Assembly: GCF_016432865.1 (NCBI RefSeq)
Contig: NC_067398.1
Coordinates: 137,516,001-137,580,000, forward strand
Direction: 5' to 3'
Length of the DNA stretch: 64,000 nucleotides
DNA from: Antechinus flavipes
Taxonomy: Eukaryota
Shown here: piece after piece, positions 51,540-63,110 of the stretch
How positions within the stretch are numbered: the stretch's first letter is position 1
How the letters are laid out: every line of letters begins with the position of its first letter
Position numbers and translations under genes: made by a program
The notes under the pieces: generated by a model
Database searches by the model: none
What the model saw: the letters and a program-made list of their open reading frames with translations, nothing else
Told to the model about the DNA's origin: nothing

Positions 51540-51850
51540 TAAATAAATGGAGATGATGTTGGATGATAGGGTATAGTGGGAAGAAAGACAGAATTCTATA
51601 TAGAACAAATAATATGAATGAAGATACTAAAAGAAATGCAGAACATTCTGGCTTCAGTGAATCCAAGCATATGGTTCAAGAGGTAGGTTTGTTACAGAGA
51701 TCAAGATGGAAAAGAGTCAGATTATGTAAGACCTTAAATGTGAAGCTAAGGAATTTAAACTTTATGCTGTAGGCAGTGAGGAGCCACTGAACGTTTTTGG
51801 ACAGATGATGAAGACATCCAAAATGGCATTTGAAAAAAATTTATCTAGTT
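51540..51850 (-). mobile_element. L2 fragment
   Basis: AGACCTTAAATGTGAAGCTAAGGAATTTAAACTTTATGCTGTAGGCAGTGAGGAGCCACTG. Confidence 0.75.
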
Positions 51851-52922
51851 AATCAAAAATTATCTTTTGTTTTCATTATATTTCTTTACAGCCTATCTCA
51901 GCTTTGAAGATATAAACTTCTTAAAGGCATAGTCTATTTCCTTGTACCATCCAAGATTCTTACTACTATAATCTGTACACAGTAAATTTTCAATAAATAT
52001 GACAAAATATCTACCATAAAATTTAGTCTATAGGTTCTGAACTGGGCTACAAGAACAAATATAAAATTCTCTTTGGCTTTCAAAGCCCTACACAATCTGA
52101 ATCCTTTCTACCTTTTCAATCTTATACTGTATTGTCCTCTAACTACTCTATGAACCAGTGACACCTCCATACTATTTCTTGTTTTGTTATTTGTTTGTTT
52201 TTATAGAATTTGTTTGTTTTATAGAATTTTCTAAAGCTAGTCATTTTATGAACAGGTGACTCAAGCTTCATATTTCAATTTGTTAGTCTTGGAGAAATGG
52301 AGGGGAACATCCCTTCACAAGCTAAGTTTCAAATCTGTATAGTTGCTATGTTCATTTCTTTTTTGAAGCCTTTAGAGTTAAAAAGTGAGAAAGTTAACCA
52401 AAACTGTTGATTTCCGAAGTTATTATCAAACCAAGAACTCCACTCAAGCCTGAGTTCCTGAAACTTGCCGACATTCCTTGAATTTCCTTTGAGGAGGGAA
52501 AAGCCTTTAACACATTATATAAGAAAGGTATGAGGGGAAGCTCCCAAGGAAGCCAGCCAAATCCCAAAATAAAAAGCAGGAATAGAAACCTAAAAATAAC
52601 AGGCAGGGAAGTGTGACTGACACATCTGGAGGGCTCACTTGCATTCCCTTCTAGCATTGTGTCCTTTTTTTTTTTTTTCAGGAGCAGACAAATATTGTTT
52701 GAGGATTTAAATAGAACTCCATTATTTCTTCTTTAAAAATAGATGGCTCTCCTACAAAATTATAGAGTTTTCAAATAATGTTCACTGGAATGAGTTAAAA
52801 CATTCAATTTGTGATTTTTAGAAATCCTTTTTCAAGGGAAACAAGTGAGCCCATTTTAATTTGTCTAATTGCCCATGAATTTTTAAAACAATAAGTAAAA
52901 TATTTAAAATATATCAGAACTT

Positions 52923-53217
52923 TCCAGGCACGGTGATGGATACTTGAAATTCTTGCTATTGAGGAGACTGAGACTGATGGATTACTTGGGCTCAGAAATT
53001 CTTAGCTGCAATAGGGCTAAAGTCAGTTGAGTGTCTACACTAAGTTCAGCACCACTATGGTGAGTGCTTGGGACAGGGAGGAGGAGTGCACCAGGATGCC
53101 TAAAGAGAGAGAAAACAGCCAGGCCATAAACAGAGTAGCTGTGCTGATCAGTGGTGGAGTGGGGACCCATGAGTAGCCATTGCCTTTTCAATCTGAATGA
53201 GATTGTAAGATTCAGTC
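52923..53217 (+). pseudogene. Full-length 7SL (SRP RNA) retrocopy / P7SL-type SINE with a purine-rich tail to ~53330
   Basis: Co-linear with 7SL: CCAGGCACGGTG, CACTAAGTTCAGCACCACTATGGTGA, CACCAGGATGCCTAA, GTGCTGATCAGT.GTGG, GTAGCCATTGC. Many CpG-decay substitutions. Confidence 0.92.
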
Positions 53218-54257
53218 AAAAGAAAGAAAGGAGAGAGAGAAAGAGAGAGACAAAAGACAGACAAACAGAGATAGAGATAGAGACAGAGAGAGAGAGGGAA
53301 GAAGGGAAAAGGGGAGAAGAAGAAGGAAAAGTCATGGACTGACATGAACAGTGATTCTGAAATACAATAAGTAGGATTGTTTTTTATTTGCTTGAAGATA
53401 ATCAGAAATGTAGCATTAGGAGCATGCAAACTGACACTTACTAGATACATGTATGTATATATTTGTGTATTTCTACAATATGATGTGCTTTATTTTGTCT
53501 TTCTGAATAACTTTGTTTTACCCCTAAAGATTTAAATTGGATACAAATGGAGAGTCTGAAGATATGCATGGTATATCTGGCACCTTATGTCCTAATTACA
53601 TTTTGGTTAAGAATACAGTTTCCTTTTTTTGTATCTTAATCATCAATCAGCTTAAGAGAGCAGAATCCTTTGACCTTAAGAAGTAAAAGAAAGTTTGACA
53701 GATAAAAGGAAAATAGTAATCTTATGCAAGGAACTAAGGAGATGTCTGTCAGTCCTGCAGTTGGTTAAATAATCACTTCCAACTGCTTAATTCCTGTTTT
53801 CTGCAGACACAACAAAAACAGGAAATATTTACCAGCCTCACAGGTGTCAGGAAATGCTTTCATAACACTAGAGACCTAAACTATCCATTGAAACAGATAA
53901 TGAGTCTGAAAATGGATGTTTGAAGTATATTTTGATGTAAAATGTTCACTTAAGCACATAGACGTTTATGGAGACTTACAAAGGTCTCAAAGAATTTGTG
54001 TTTATGCAGTAAAATAAGCCAGGTATTTGTTCAGCAAACATGGTATGGCTTGCTCTAACACCTTAGCAGCCCCTCCCTACATTTGCTATAAAGTTAAAGA
54101 TCTTTGTTTATTTTCAGAAATATTATTTGCATCTATATAGAGTTTTTAAAAAACCCTTAAAATTAGAAGAGACTTACAAGTAAGCTAGTGTATATTTTGG
54201 ACTGGTTACACAGGCATGTGGAAAATTATTTGCACAGAGAAAGAATATTAAAACTAT

Positions 54258-55191
54258 TGTAATGAGGGATTCTCCCCATATGCATCATAACTCTGAGGGA
54301 GGAAGGATAGACAACTGTAGTCTCTTCTCTTCCCACCCTTCTCCAAGGAAGACTTGAATTCTTGCCAGGAAGGGAAGCAGGAGGTTGGAGTCAAAAGCCT
54401 GACCACTCTGCTCTCCTTAAAGAGAGGGGAAATTGAATTAGAATTATATTTTTCTACTCTTTTAAATATTAGTATTCTAGGAGATGTGCTTTTGAAGACC
54501 ATAAGGTTTATACACAAGGTTTGACTTCTTTCCTACTAACTATCAATTCCATGATGAACACAAATACTAAATAGCAAAAAAGCCCACTTATTTGATAGCA
54601 AAACAAAAATCAGAGAAAATATACATACGAAAATATGTAGACAAGAATATAGAATAAGGGAGATCTCCCATTAGGAACTAGATAAATTCAGCTCAACTAA
54701 GAAACAGAGTCCTAGATCTCATCCAAAGGGAAATATTCCAAACTCCCTATGGTAGCTTTAAAAAAAAGCGACATGATGTAGACAACTCATCTCATGTTGG
54801 CTTTTCTCTAGAAGCTTATGCTCCATTCAGCAACTTAAAGAGGAGTTTGCTGTGATCCATCTCAACTCTTGAAACTGGAAGCCAGAGATTTAATAATTTA
54901 TTTTTTCCCTAATTACATGTAAAGACAATTTTAATTTTTTTTTTAATTTTTGAGTTCCAGATTTTCTCTCTCCCTAAGATGGTAAGCAATTTGATATGGT
55001 TATATATGCTAGATCATATAAGACGTTTTTATAAAAAAAATATTTAATTGGAAGCCAAATATTGAAGGGAATTACAGGGACTCTTTCTAACTCTTGTTAA
55101 GTCTGACCCAATCCTTATACAAGTGTAGCTCATTGATTCCTACCAATGAGAAGAGGGTCTTATATCAATGGCCTTTGAGACTTGGATTACA
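54258..55191 (-). mobile_element. Probable solo LTR interrupted by an L1 3' fragment (~54890-55040)
   Basis: 6-bp inverted termini TGTAAT...ATTACA and an internal CCAAT. The TSD is degenerate (AACTAT versus CAATAT). Confidence 0.5.
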
Positions 55192-55279
55192 CAATATGAG
55201 CATAAAAGTCTATGTTCTTAAGACATTACTTAAGTAGAGAAATTTTGTTTTTGATAATTCTGTCACCCAGATTTCATGA

Positions 55280-55700
55280 ATTCATGAATGAATAAATGAA
55301 AATAAATGCATTAAACACTTGCTCTGTAGCAAGTGCTGAGTTAACCACTGGGGATGCAAATAGAAAAAGAAGACAACCCCCTCTCTCAGAGATCTCATGC
55401 TTTATTTGGGAAAGACAGCACAAAAAGAAAAGTTCAGTTGCAGGTTAAATGACAGTGACCACATGTGATAAGGGTGTGGTAACAAAGTGGATGGCAAAGC
55501 AGGGTATCTGCTAAACAGGAGGGAATCCTGGAGGGGAACAGCCCACTACAATTGTGAAGGAGGAGTAGACCCAAGAGTTAAAGTGGAGTGGAAGTTCTAC
55601 ATGAAGATGAGTTTATGTTTGAGCAATAATTGGTAAGGCAGGGAATAGTGGGGGGAAAACATTGAGTTAGACCTTGGGATAGGCTGAGGCAGAGAAAGTG
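55280..55700 (-). mobile_element. L2 3' fragment
   Basis: AATGCATTAAACACTTGCTCTGTAGCAAGTGCTGAG..ACTGGGGATGCAAATAGAAAAA..CCCCTCTCTCAGAGATCTC. Confidence 0.7.
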
Positions 55701-55826
55701 GAAGGTGGTTCCATTTAATACCAGCTCTGACTGGTGTCTTCCACGTGCCTTCCACAGAATGTAAAGGAGAAAGCAATGGAAGATCCTCAGTGCTTGACTT
55801 CAGGTATAAAACGTATGATTAACCAA

Positions 55827-55962
55827 GGACAGCTGGTTGTTATAGTGGATAGAACACCAGCCCTGAAATCAGGAGGACCTGAGTTCAGATCTGCCCTCAG
55901 ACACTTAACACTTCCAGGCTATGTGACCCTGAGCAAGTGACTTAACCCCAATTGTCTCAGCA
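55827..55962 (+). mobile_element. WSINE1-type SINE whose tail is a (GA)n microsatellite
   Basis: GTGGATAGAACACCAGCCCTGAAATCAGGAGGACCTGAGTTC..CACTTAACACTTCC..AACCCCAATTGTCTCAGC. Possible TSD ATGATTAA (55815-55822 and 56029-56036). Confidence 0.93.
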
Positions 55963-55964
55963 AG

Positions 55965-56028
<64 letters not shown>
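55963..56028 (+). repeat. (GA)n microsatellite
   Basis: Direct inspection. Confidence 0.98.
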
Positions 56029-56032
<4 letters not shown>

Positions 56033-56138
56033 TTAATATGCTTTCAAGCATATAGTTCTCTATTAGACAATGTACAAAAGCAAGAAAAACATCCTTGGTC
56101 CAGATATCAACATTCTTAAATTAACTCTCACACCCTCA

Positions 56139-56140
<2 letters not shown>

Positions 56141-56182
<42 letters not shown>
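56141..56182 (+). repeat. (TG)21 microsatellite
   Basis: Direct inspection. Confidence 0.98.
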
Positions 56183-56186
<4 letters not shown>

Positions 56187-56569
56187 ATAGAATGTGGCTT
56201 CCTCAACATTTAGAAATCTATTGAATTCATGGGACGTAAGTCAAATGAATCTCATTCATAATTATTCAAAAAAGTCATGAGAGTTCCTAGCTAGATTATC
56301 TTCTAACCCACATCTCTCCATCTTGTCCTCAAGGATAGAAAAAAATTTCCAATGTTTTGTGAAAATCCAATTGTACAGTGTTGATAGCATTCCCCTTATC
56401 TATTTTCTGTATAGTTACCCATTCAAAAATGAAGTAGTATTCATCTGCTGTGACAACTGTACTGTTCTCAAACTTGCATTCATAGTCATAGCCTTGATGA
56501 CCAATCTTTAAAAAAAAAACTCTGATTGAGACTACTTGTTTCTTATTCTGTTGGTAAAATCATCTGAAA

Positions 56570-56725
56570 TCCTTATATACTTGACAGTAACTTTGTTAGC
56601 AAATGACATGGTGATCATTGCATCAAGCCTGGGAACATTGCAATACCTCCTGGATAAGGTCCATAATCACTCAAAAGACTTTGATTTAACCATCTAAATG
56701 AAAAAAAAAAACTCAAGCAGATGAA
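56570..56725 (+). mobile_element. RTE LINE RT-core fragment
   Basis: Translates as LLANDMVIIASSLGTLQYLLDKVHNHSKDFDLTI, a degenerate FADD region of RTE RT. Confidence 0.7.
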
Positions 56726-56874
56726 AAATATCCATTTTTAGATCATGATAGATAGTTTGATATATACTCTATAGAATTCATGTATTAGTATATATAGATA
56801 CATATTCTATAGAATTCATGTATTAGTATATATATATATAAAAGGAAGGGGGTGAGTTGTTCTTCATTCTCTAA

Positions 56875-57400
56875 CAGGATCAAAATGATATTAGAGTCAG
56901 TTACAGTGTGTCTGACTAACTGATTAGACCAATATAAGCTTGAAATGCTTTACCACAGGTCAAGCACAACTAGTCCATATGAACATTTGGGGTGGATTCT
57001 CTAACTCTGAGCATCTTGCATTTCTCTTGAACTACTGCTTCATTCATAAAGCACAGCACCTTCTCTGATGAGAGCACACCATGCTGTACAGGACTGTGCC
57101 ATTATCTCCTATGTCATACAATCAATTCTAAAGATTTTGAAAGTGTCTTTGCATTGCTTTTTCTAACCACCACTTGAACATTTGCCCTGTGTGAGCTCTC
57201 CATAAAATAGTCTTTTTGGCAAACATACACTTGGCATCCAAACAATATAGTCAGCATAATAGAGTTGTGCTCTCTATAGTAGATTTTGAATGCTTGGCAG
57301 TTTCATTCAAGAAAGAACCTCAGTGCCTAATATTTTAAGTTGCCAAGTGATACTCAGAATCTTCTGAATATTTCAGATGCAAATCTGAAAATAGGTCATG
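56875..57400 (-). mobile_element. RTE LINE 3' end
   Basis: Antisense encodes decayed LPKRLFYGELTQGK and LK.FRIDCMT; 3' UTR TGATTAGACCAATATAAGCTTG. Confidence 0.88.
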
Positions 57401-57479
57401 TGCCATATCAGGTTAACATATGTTAACATATACAATATATGTAATATATTCTCTCATCTTCATTAAGCCTTCACATCAT

Positions 57480-58090
57480 ATCAGAACCAGAATAATCTTC
57501 CTGATACAAAGATCTGGTCATCTCAGTGTTAAAAATCTTCAATCCCAGCATTTAAAGGCTTCAAAATAGAATCGTTAAGGGTCAAAATCAAGCAAAAAGA
57601 ACAAAAAACAAAAAAAAAGTAGAACTTCAGGTCAAGAGAAACCCAACCTTGACCATTAGCTAGCTAGTAATAAAATAGCTACTTTAATCAAGATATTTTC
57701 CTTAACCAAGTCAGATGACCATGCCATTTACTTATTGAACAAAAAGGCTCCCAATTGCCTTTAGAATAAAATATAAACTCATCTGTTTAGCTTTTAAAGC
57801 CTTTTTTCTTTCTAGACTCACTGGACATTGTTCCTTCTGTTTCTGATACAGTAAAATTGGCTACCTTTCTGATTGCCACACAGAACTCCTTCTTTATTGG
57901 TGCCTTTGCACCAGTGGTGCATCAATGGTGATTCTCTATGTCTAGAATGTCCTTGTTGTCTTCCCCATTCAAATGTAAGATCTTTACAAGTAGGAATTTG
58001 TATCCATGTATCTTTTGTATCATTGTATTTGTATCCCTAGCACCTAGGACAGTGCCTTGCATGAGGTAGTTGGTTAATAAACAGACCCAA
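57480..58090 (+). mobile_element. L2 3' fragment with tail
   Basis: CTTCCTGATACAAAGATCTGG..AATAAAATATAAACTC..TGCCTTTGCAC..GGACAGTGCCTTGCATGAGGTAG. Confidence 0.7.
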
Positions 58091-59149
58091 CAGTTTGGAT
58101 TCAACAGATCCACTATCTTTATGGCCAAAGTGGCATGAGCTTATCTTAGTTTGTTGTAGAAAAACTTATTTATTAAAATGTTCATTACTTATGAGTTAAA
58201 GTACGTATTATTTAACAAAAATATATGTCATAAAACATTTTATATTTATTTTATCTCACAACAAACTTGTTATGTAATCTCCATTTTACTAAGAAATTTA
58301 AGGTTAAAGAAGAGATGGGGAAGGGACTTCCCAAGAACATAGATAATAAGCAGCAGAGTCAAGTCTTTTAGATTCCAAGTATGATGCTCTTTCTTTTGTT
58401 TAAATCAGGTATAAGTGACTTAGCCAGGGTCATACAGTCCTCCTGATTCTAGGGTTAGTATTCTATCTATTGCATTACCTAGTTGCCCCCCATGCTCTCT
58501 CTACTAGAATTATGCTTAGAGTCCTAATCTAAATATATGAAGGGATCAAGAATGTTAAAGATGGGCTTAGTTTTGTCGATTTTTCATTATATCGAATACA
58601 CACACACTCATACCTATTAGATGGCAGCATTTTGTAAGCTTATGAATTCAGTGTAGTGCAATGAAAAGAGTGGTAGACTAGCAGAGTAAATGGGCTCAAA
58701 TATGAATTCTGCCTCTCATCACCTCTATAATCTCTCTCTGTGACCTTTAAGAGTCCTTCCAGATTTATAGCCATAGACAGAACTGGAAAGGACCCTAGAT
58801 GCCATTAAATGCAGTTCCCTTATTCTACAGATGTGGAAACAGAGAGAGTGATTTGCTCAGTCACCCAGTTAGCAAATGTCTGTGGTGAGATTTGAACTCC
58901 TGATTGAAGATCCAAATTCTATCACTAGATCATGCTGCTTCTGTGCTTTCTAAATATTGGTTTATTTTATCATTTCCCTTAGTTACTTTGTAAAATGCTA
59001 GAAAATAAACCAAACCTGCTTTTTTACTGGGTGTCATCTTTCTGCCCCTATGTTCAGATTGTCCTTTCTCCTCTCCTCTAGCCAGAGTCCCCTGCTTCCT
59101 TCAAGATTCAATTTAATTCCCAGCTTCTTTAAGAGACCTATACTGATTA

Positions 59150-59310
59150 TGTTTAGAAGAAATACAAGTTTAACCTATACTGGATTGCTTCTTGTCTTGG
59201 GGAGGAGGAGGGAAGGGGAAGAAGAGAGAAAAATCTGTAGGAATGAATGTTGAAAACTATCTTCACATGTAATTAGAAAAATAAAATACTATTAAATGAA
59301 AAAAAAAAAA
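59150..59310 (+). mobile_element. L1 3' end with A-tail, inserted in an L2 fragment
   Basis: GGATTGCTTCTTGTCTTGGGGAGG..GAATGTTGAAAACTATCTTCACATGTAATTAGAAAAATAAAATACTATT. Confidence 0.8.
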
Positions 59311-59516
59311 CCAAACACAATAAAAACATTTTAAAACAAACAAAAAAAGAAACCTTTCCTGTTTATTTTCACTGCTAGTGCCTTCCCTCCGAGGTCACCT
59401 CCCATTTATACTACATATATATATTGACTGATTGATTGGTTGACTGTTGCATGTGAGTGAAAGAAAATAGAACTCATCTAACTAATCCTTCAGGATCAGG
59501 GAAAACTAATACTCAC

Positions 59517-59609
59517 TAAAAATGAGGAGCAGTATTGCCAGTGACAGAGAGGAAACTGTAGTCATTCCAAACATGTCTAGCTGCTGATTCATGGTAGGGA
59601 CAGGAAAAC
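59517..59609 (-). CDS. Candidate 93-nt exon, phase 1/1, encoding a signal peptide or TM helix (FPVPTMNQQLDMFGMTTVSSLSLAILLLIF)
   Basis: Acceptor tcatttacctatgtatag, donor TTA|gtgagt and Kozak accATG. The C-terminal ~19 aa are hydrophobic, and the sequence is unique (non-repeat). Confidence 0.5.
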
Positions 59610-59874
59610 CTATACATAGGTAAATGAGATTCATCATTAAGTTTTATTCTTCTTCCCCATCCCTGACAGGGCTGACAGAACTTATTTATTTCCCAGGGAG
59701 TTCTCTGTGAGAAGGAACTAATGATGTTGCTCAAGTCCCAGGCTGCCCTACTGGGTAGAGGGAGATTTTTTTTTTTTTAAAGCAGGAATGTCAGTGAGGA
59801 AACTACTTTCTAATGATCAGCTAGAAGAGAAGCTAGAGAGAAACTAAAACTGTCCAAATCAAGAATAACATTGT

Positions 59875-60160
59875 TATCATTGTGGTTGTTGATACTTTGC
59901 TTTCTAAAGGAACTAATGATATCATAGAGTGATGTTTTGCATGAATCGGATTTAAGTCGGGCAGAGGGCACAAGATGAACAGTTTCACTCTCTCTTCTAG
60001 AATCATCAGATTCTAGGGACAGGACGAAAGTCTGGATGACTGGAAATGACCTAAGATAAGGTGGATGAACTTGGATCTTTGATGACTAATGAAAATCTAA
60101 GTATTCCACAGTGCCTACTTCACTGTGCTTTCATGGCAGTTGGAACAAATTGTTGTAATG
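59875..60160 (-). mobile_element. WALLSI4-like SINE fragment
   Basis: GGATTTAAGTCGGGCAGAG..TCACTCTCTCTTCTAGAATCATC..TTCATGGCAGTTGGAACAAATTGTT. Homologous to 32640-33085. Confidence 0.7.
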
Positions 60161-61011
60161 AAGGGAATGAATGTATACAGCAAGTCATTCCATGAGAAGG
60201 GGAGCATTAACAATTAGGAGGCTCAGAAAAGCTTTTAGGGGATAGTAGCTACACTGAGCCTTCAGGGAAGAGAGCACAAAAGACACCTGACTCATTGGTT
60301 TGGCTGTAATATAGAGAGGACAAGGAAAACTTGGCTAAAAAAGAAATTGTCAAGGTCTTATAAATGTCAAACAGAGACGTATATATTAGCCTATAAGGAA
60401 AGAGTCAATGAAAATTACTCAACAGGAAAGTGACATAGTCTGACCTATGTTTCAAGAATTTTAACAACAGTTTTTAGAGGCTGAAGAAGAAATCTATATG
60501 TCCACTTCAATATTTTAATAGTCCTGATGAGAGGTAAGAATACCAGATTGAATAGTACAATACCAAATCAAGAGCAGACCCACAATAATAGCAATTGGTT
60601 TTTATTGAATAATAATAAACATGTCATTTTAAAAAGAAAAATCAAACAGCTTATTAGGTTTACATTCAAAGACCCCACCTGTCATTCACAACTCTGGCAA
60701 AACTTAGAGCCTACAATTTATGTAAATAAACTATGTAAATAGTAAAATCATTTTTAAATAATAATAATAATAATAGCAACAACAATAATAACAATAACTC
60801 AATTCTTAACTCCAAATAAAATAGTTTGTAAATGTTCCTGGCCAGCATCTCATATAATGGTATTGCTTATGCTAGGATCATTATAACTGTACCCCAATTT
60901 CCACCGTATATCCCCATTTTTCAGGTTTTAAAAAAGAGGCATCAAATCTTTCAAAGTTGAAAAGTCAGAACAGCTACTAGTTTAAAATTAACCTTCCTTT
61001 TACTGCCTTAC

Positions 61012-61076
61012 TCAAGGAGTCATTTGCAATTGTGAAGGAGAATGACATTTCAGTCACAGTACATTTTGGGGGAAAT
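61012..61076 (-). CDS. Candidate 65-nt exon (open frame FPPKCTVTEMSFSFTIANDSL, ends in phase 1)
   Basis: Acceptor caattattttttgttag and donor TGA|gtaagg. The only open frame joins in frame to the 59609 exon. Confidence 0.42.
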
Positions 61077-62119
61077 CTAACAAAAAATAATTGTCATGTG
61101 GCTGAAGTGTTTGAGGTTCCACTTATGCTTATAACTTCTATTATTATAATTGCCATCAAGTTAGTGGGCTACTCGTATTTGGAAAGTTCAATCTGCCTTT
61201 AGGCAGCTCTCTCAACTTTCTCATTACCATCCTCTGCATATTCCATGCCATGATCACCTCCTCAAGAAAGAGATAGATATGGACATATAAGATGAATCAT
61301 AATAACATGTATCTTTATAAAAATATATAAATATTTACCCTTTAGCCCCAAACTAACAAAAATGTCTCCATATCTTGCCTCTGAGATGGAAAATAATTTT
61401 AAAAATAATTTCTAGAATCCTTCTACAAGTCATCTGAGTCTATAGAAGTAGTCCCCAGTGTTAACCACATCTACACAATCTTCATATGGGCAGCAAACGT
61501 CCATCACTTATTTCCATTGGGTTTTCTCATTTAGATTTCCTTTTGTTTCTCTTGATGTGAAAGAAAGCATTCAATTCTATTACAACCATTACATTGAATT
61601 AAAAGGCATTATAAGAAAGCAAGTTGGCATATAATATGTGCCCTCCTATCCTATCCTTTCCCAGTCTTCCCATTCCTCATTGTTGGGCCTTTGTTGTCAG
61701 TATCCATCCCAATCACAGGACAGACTAGGAATTTTAGTTCTGGATGTCTTCTCTTTGACCACCACATCTGAACACTGGTATTATTTAAGTATCTTTTTTT
61801 TAGTTCTTCATTATTGCTATATATCTAATGGATCCAGAACATGTCTAATGTTCAAATACTTATCAAGACAAATGTCTAAAAGTCTCCAGCCATATGCATT
61901 TGATAGAATTTAAATAATCTTCCCCTTCCCTCCCATCCCTCCCTCCACCAGAATCACACTGGATCACATTTGGTCTCCAGAAATCAGGTTTTCTTATTGA
62001 ATAAGCTAGCTTTCTCTTGAAATGTGTGACTGTGCATTGAACAATCTTCAAGGGGAGTACTCATTTGGCTGTTCATCGAACCACACCCAATATCAGCGGG
62101 GCTTTAACCATTTTGTTAC

Positions 62120-62193
62120 CGGAGGGTGAGCTGCATTGTTTTTCACAAATTGTTCTTTGACTGCATTGCCATCTCCAGAAGCCATGTCATGAT
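62120..62193 (-). CDS. Candidate 74-nt exon with a strong-Kozak ATG at 62185 (MASGDGNAVKEQFVKNNAAHPP)
   Basis: Acceptor tttttgttcttgatcttacag, donor CCG|gtaaca and gacATGG context. CpGs are retained locally. The peptide is not recognised. Confidence 0.45.
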
Positions 62194-62959
62194 CTGTAAG
62201 ATCAAGAACAAAAATCAGATCCAGCTGTCTTTGTTACCTCCATAAGACACAGAGATTTTTGAGAAAATTATCACTTTGTGTTTGAAATCCTTAATTTGTG
62301 GGAAAACATTTTTTATCAGCCATGTTATAATAATTGCTGGCACAAAGTACTTTATAACTCTTTGAGAGTAAAAACTATTTTGTTATTTACATTTGTATCA
62401 TCAGAACCTAGCTCAGTGCCTAGCTCATAATAAGTGCTATATAAATGATCAATAATTGATGATCTTGCTCCTTACAACAAGCCTCTGAGGAAGATGCTTT
62501 TTTTTTTTTAACAGATGAGGAAAATGACACTGCAAGAGACTGGATGATTTGCCCAGGATTGTACTTGTCTAGTATCTGAGATGAGATTTGAAATCAGGTC
62601 TTTCTGTTACCAAGTCTAGCGTCCTACTGCTCCTCATGCTTCCTGGGCCTCTATTTGTAGATCTAGAAGCATAGCTTTCATGGTATTTTCCTAAAAGGCC
62701 CATTGTAAACTAAAGTTTTCCATGGATGCTAAATTTTTGTGCTAAATCAGCCATAGGGAATTCAGAAGTAGAGAAACCCCTGTTTCTAGTAAGGACCATA
62801 CTAGATGACTCTCAAGATCCCATGTAGTCCTAAGAATCTAGGAAGTTATGATGGTAGCTTATGTATTCTTTAGTTCATATACCTTAAGCTTATGACATAT
62901 GTAAAATCCTTAGACCATTTAGGCAGCTGTTTATGTTCCTAGAGATATTATTCACGGTA

Positions 62960-63110
62960 ACTGGCATTGAGTTAAGAGTCAGAAAGATCTGGAATCAGAT
63001 CCTGCCTCATTTATCTATTAGTTGTGTCACCTTAAACAAGTCACCTAATTCATAGGGCCTCAGTTTCTTCTTATATAAAACCAAGGAAAATAAGGAATAT
63101 GTAGTCCCAT
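62960..63110 (+). mobile_element. MIR fragment
   Basis: GAGTCAGAAAGATCTGGAATCAGATCCTGCCTC..GTGTCACCTTAAACAAGTCACC..CCTCAGTTTCTTC. Confidence 0.8.

Noticed and set aside
52630-52850. Strong + strand acceptor (branch-like CTCAC, T-run, CAG) at ~52682
   Set aside because: All reading frames close before the next donor, and there is no other support.
51314-62126. Alternative + strand three-exon model (51314-51364, ~55758-55803, ~62054-62126) with compatible phases
   Set aside because: The acceptors for the first and third exons are poor, the middle exon resembles an L2 tail motif, and the peptide is featureless. Phase compatibility can arise by chance.
62120-62193. Resemblance to the neuron-specific FAIM-L exon (as I recall it, about 74 nt encoding 22 aa starting MASGD)
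   Set aside because: Only the first 5 residues match, and no downstream FAIM coding exon (MTDLVAVWDV...) is visible on the minus strand, so no symbol was assigned.
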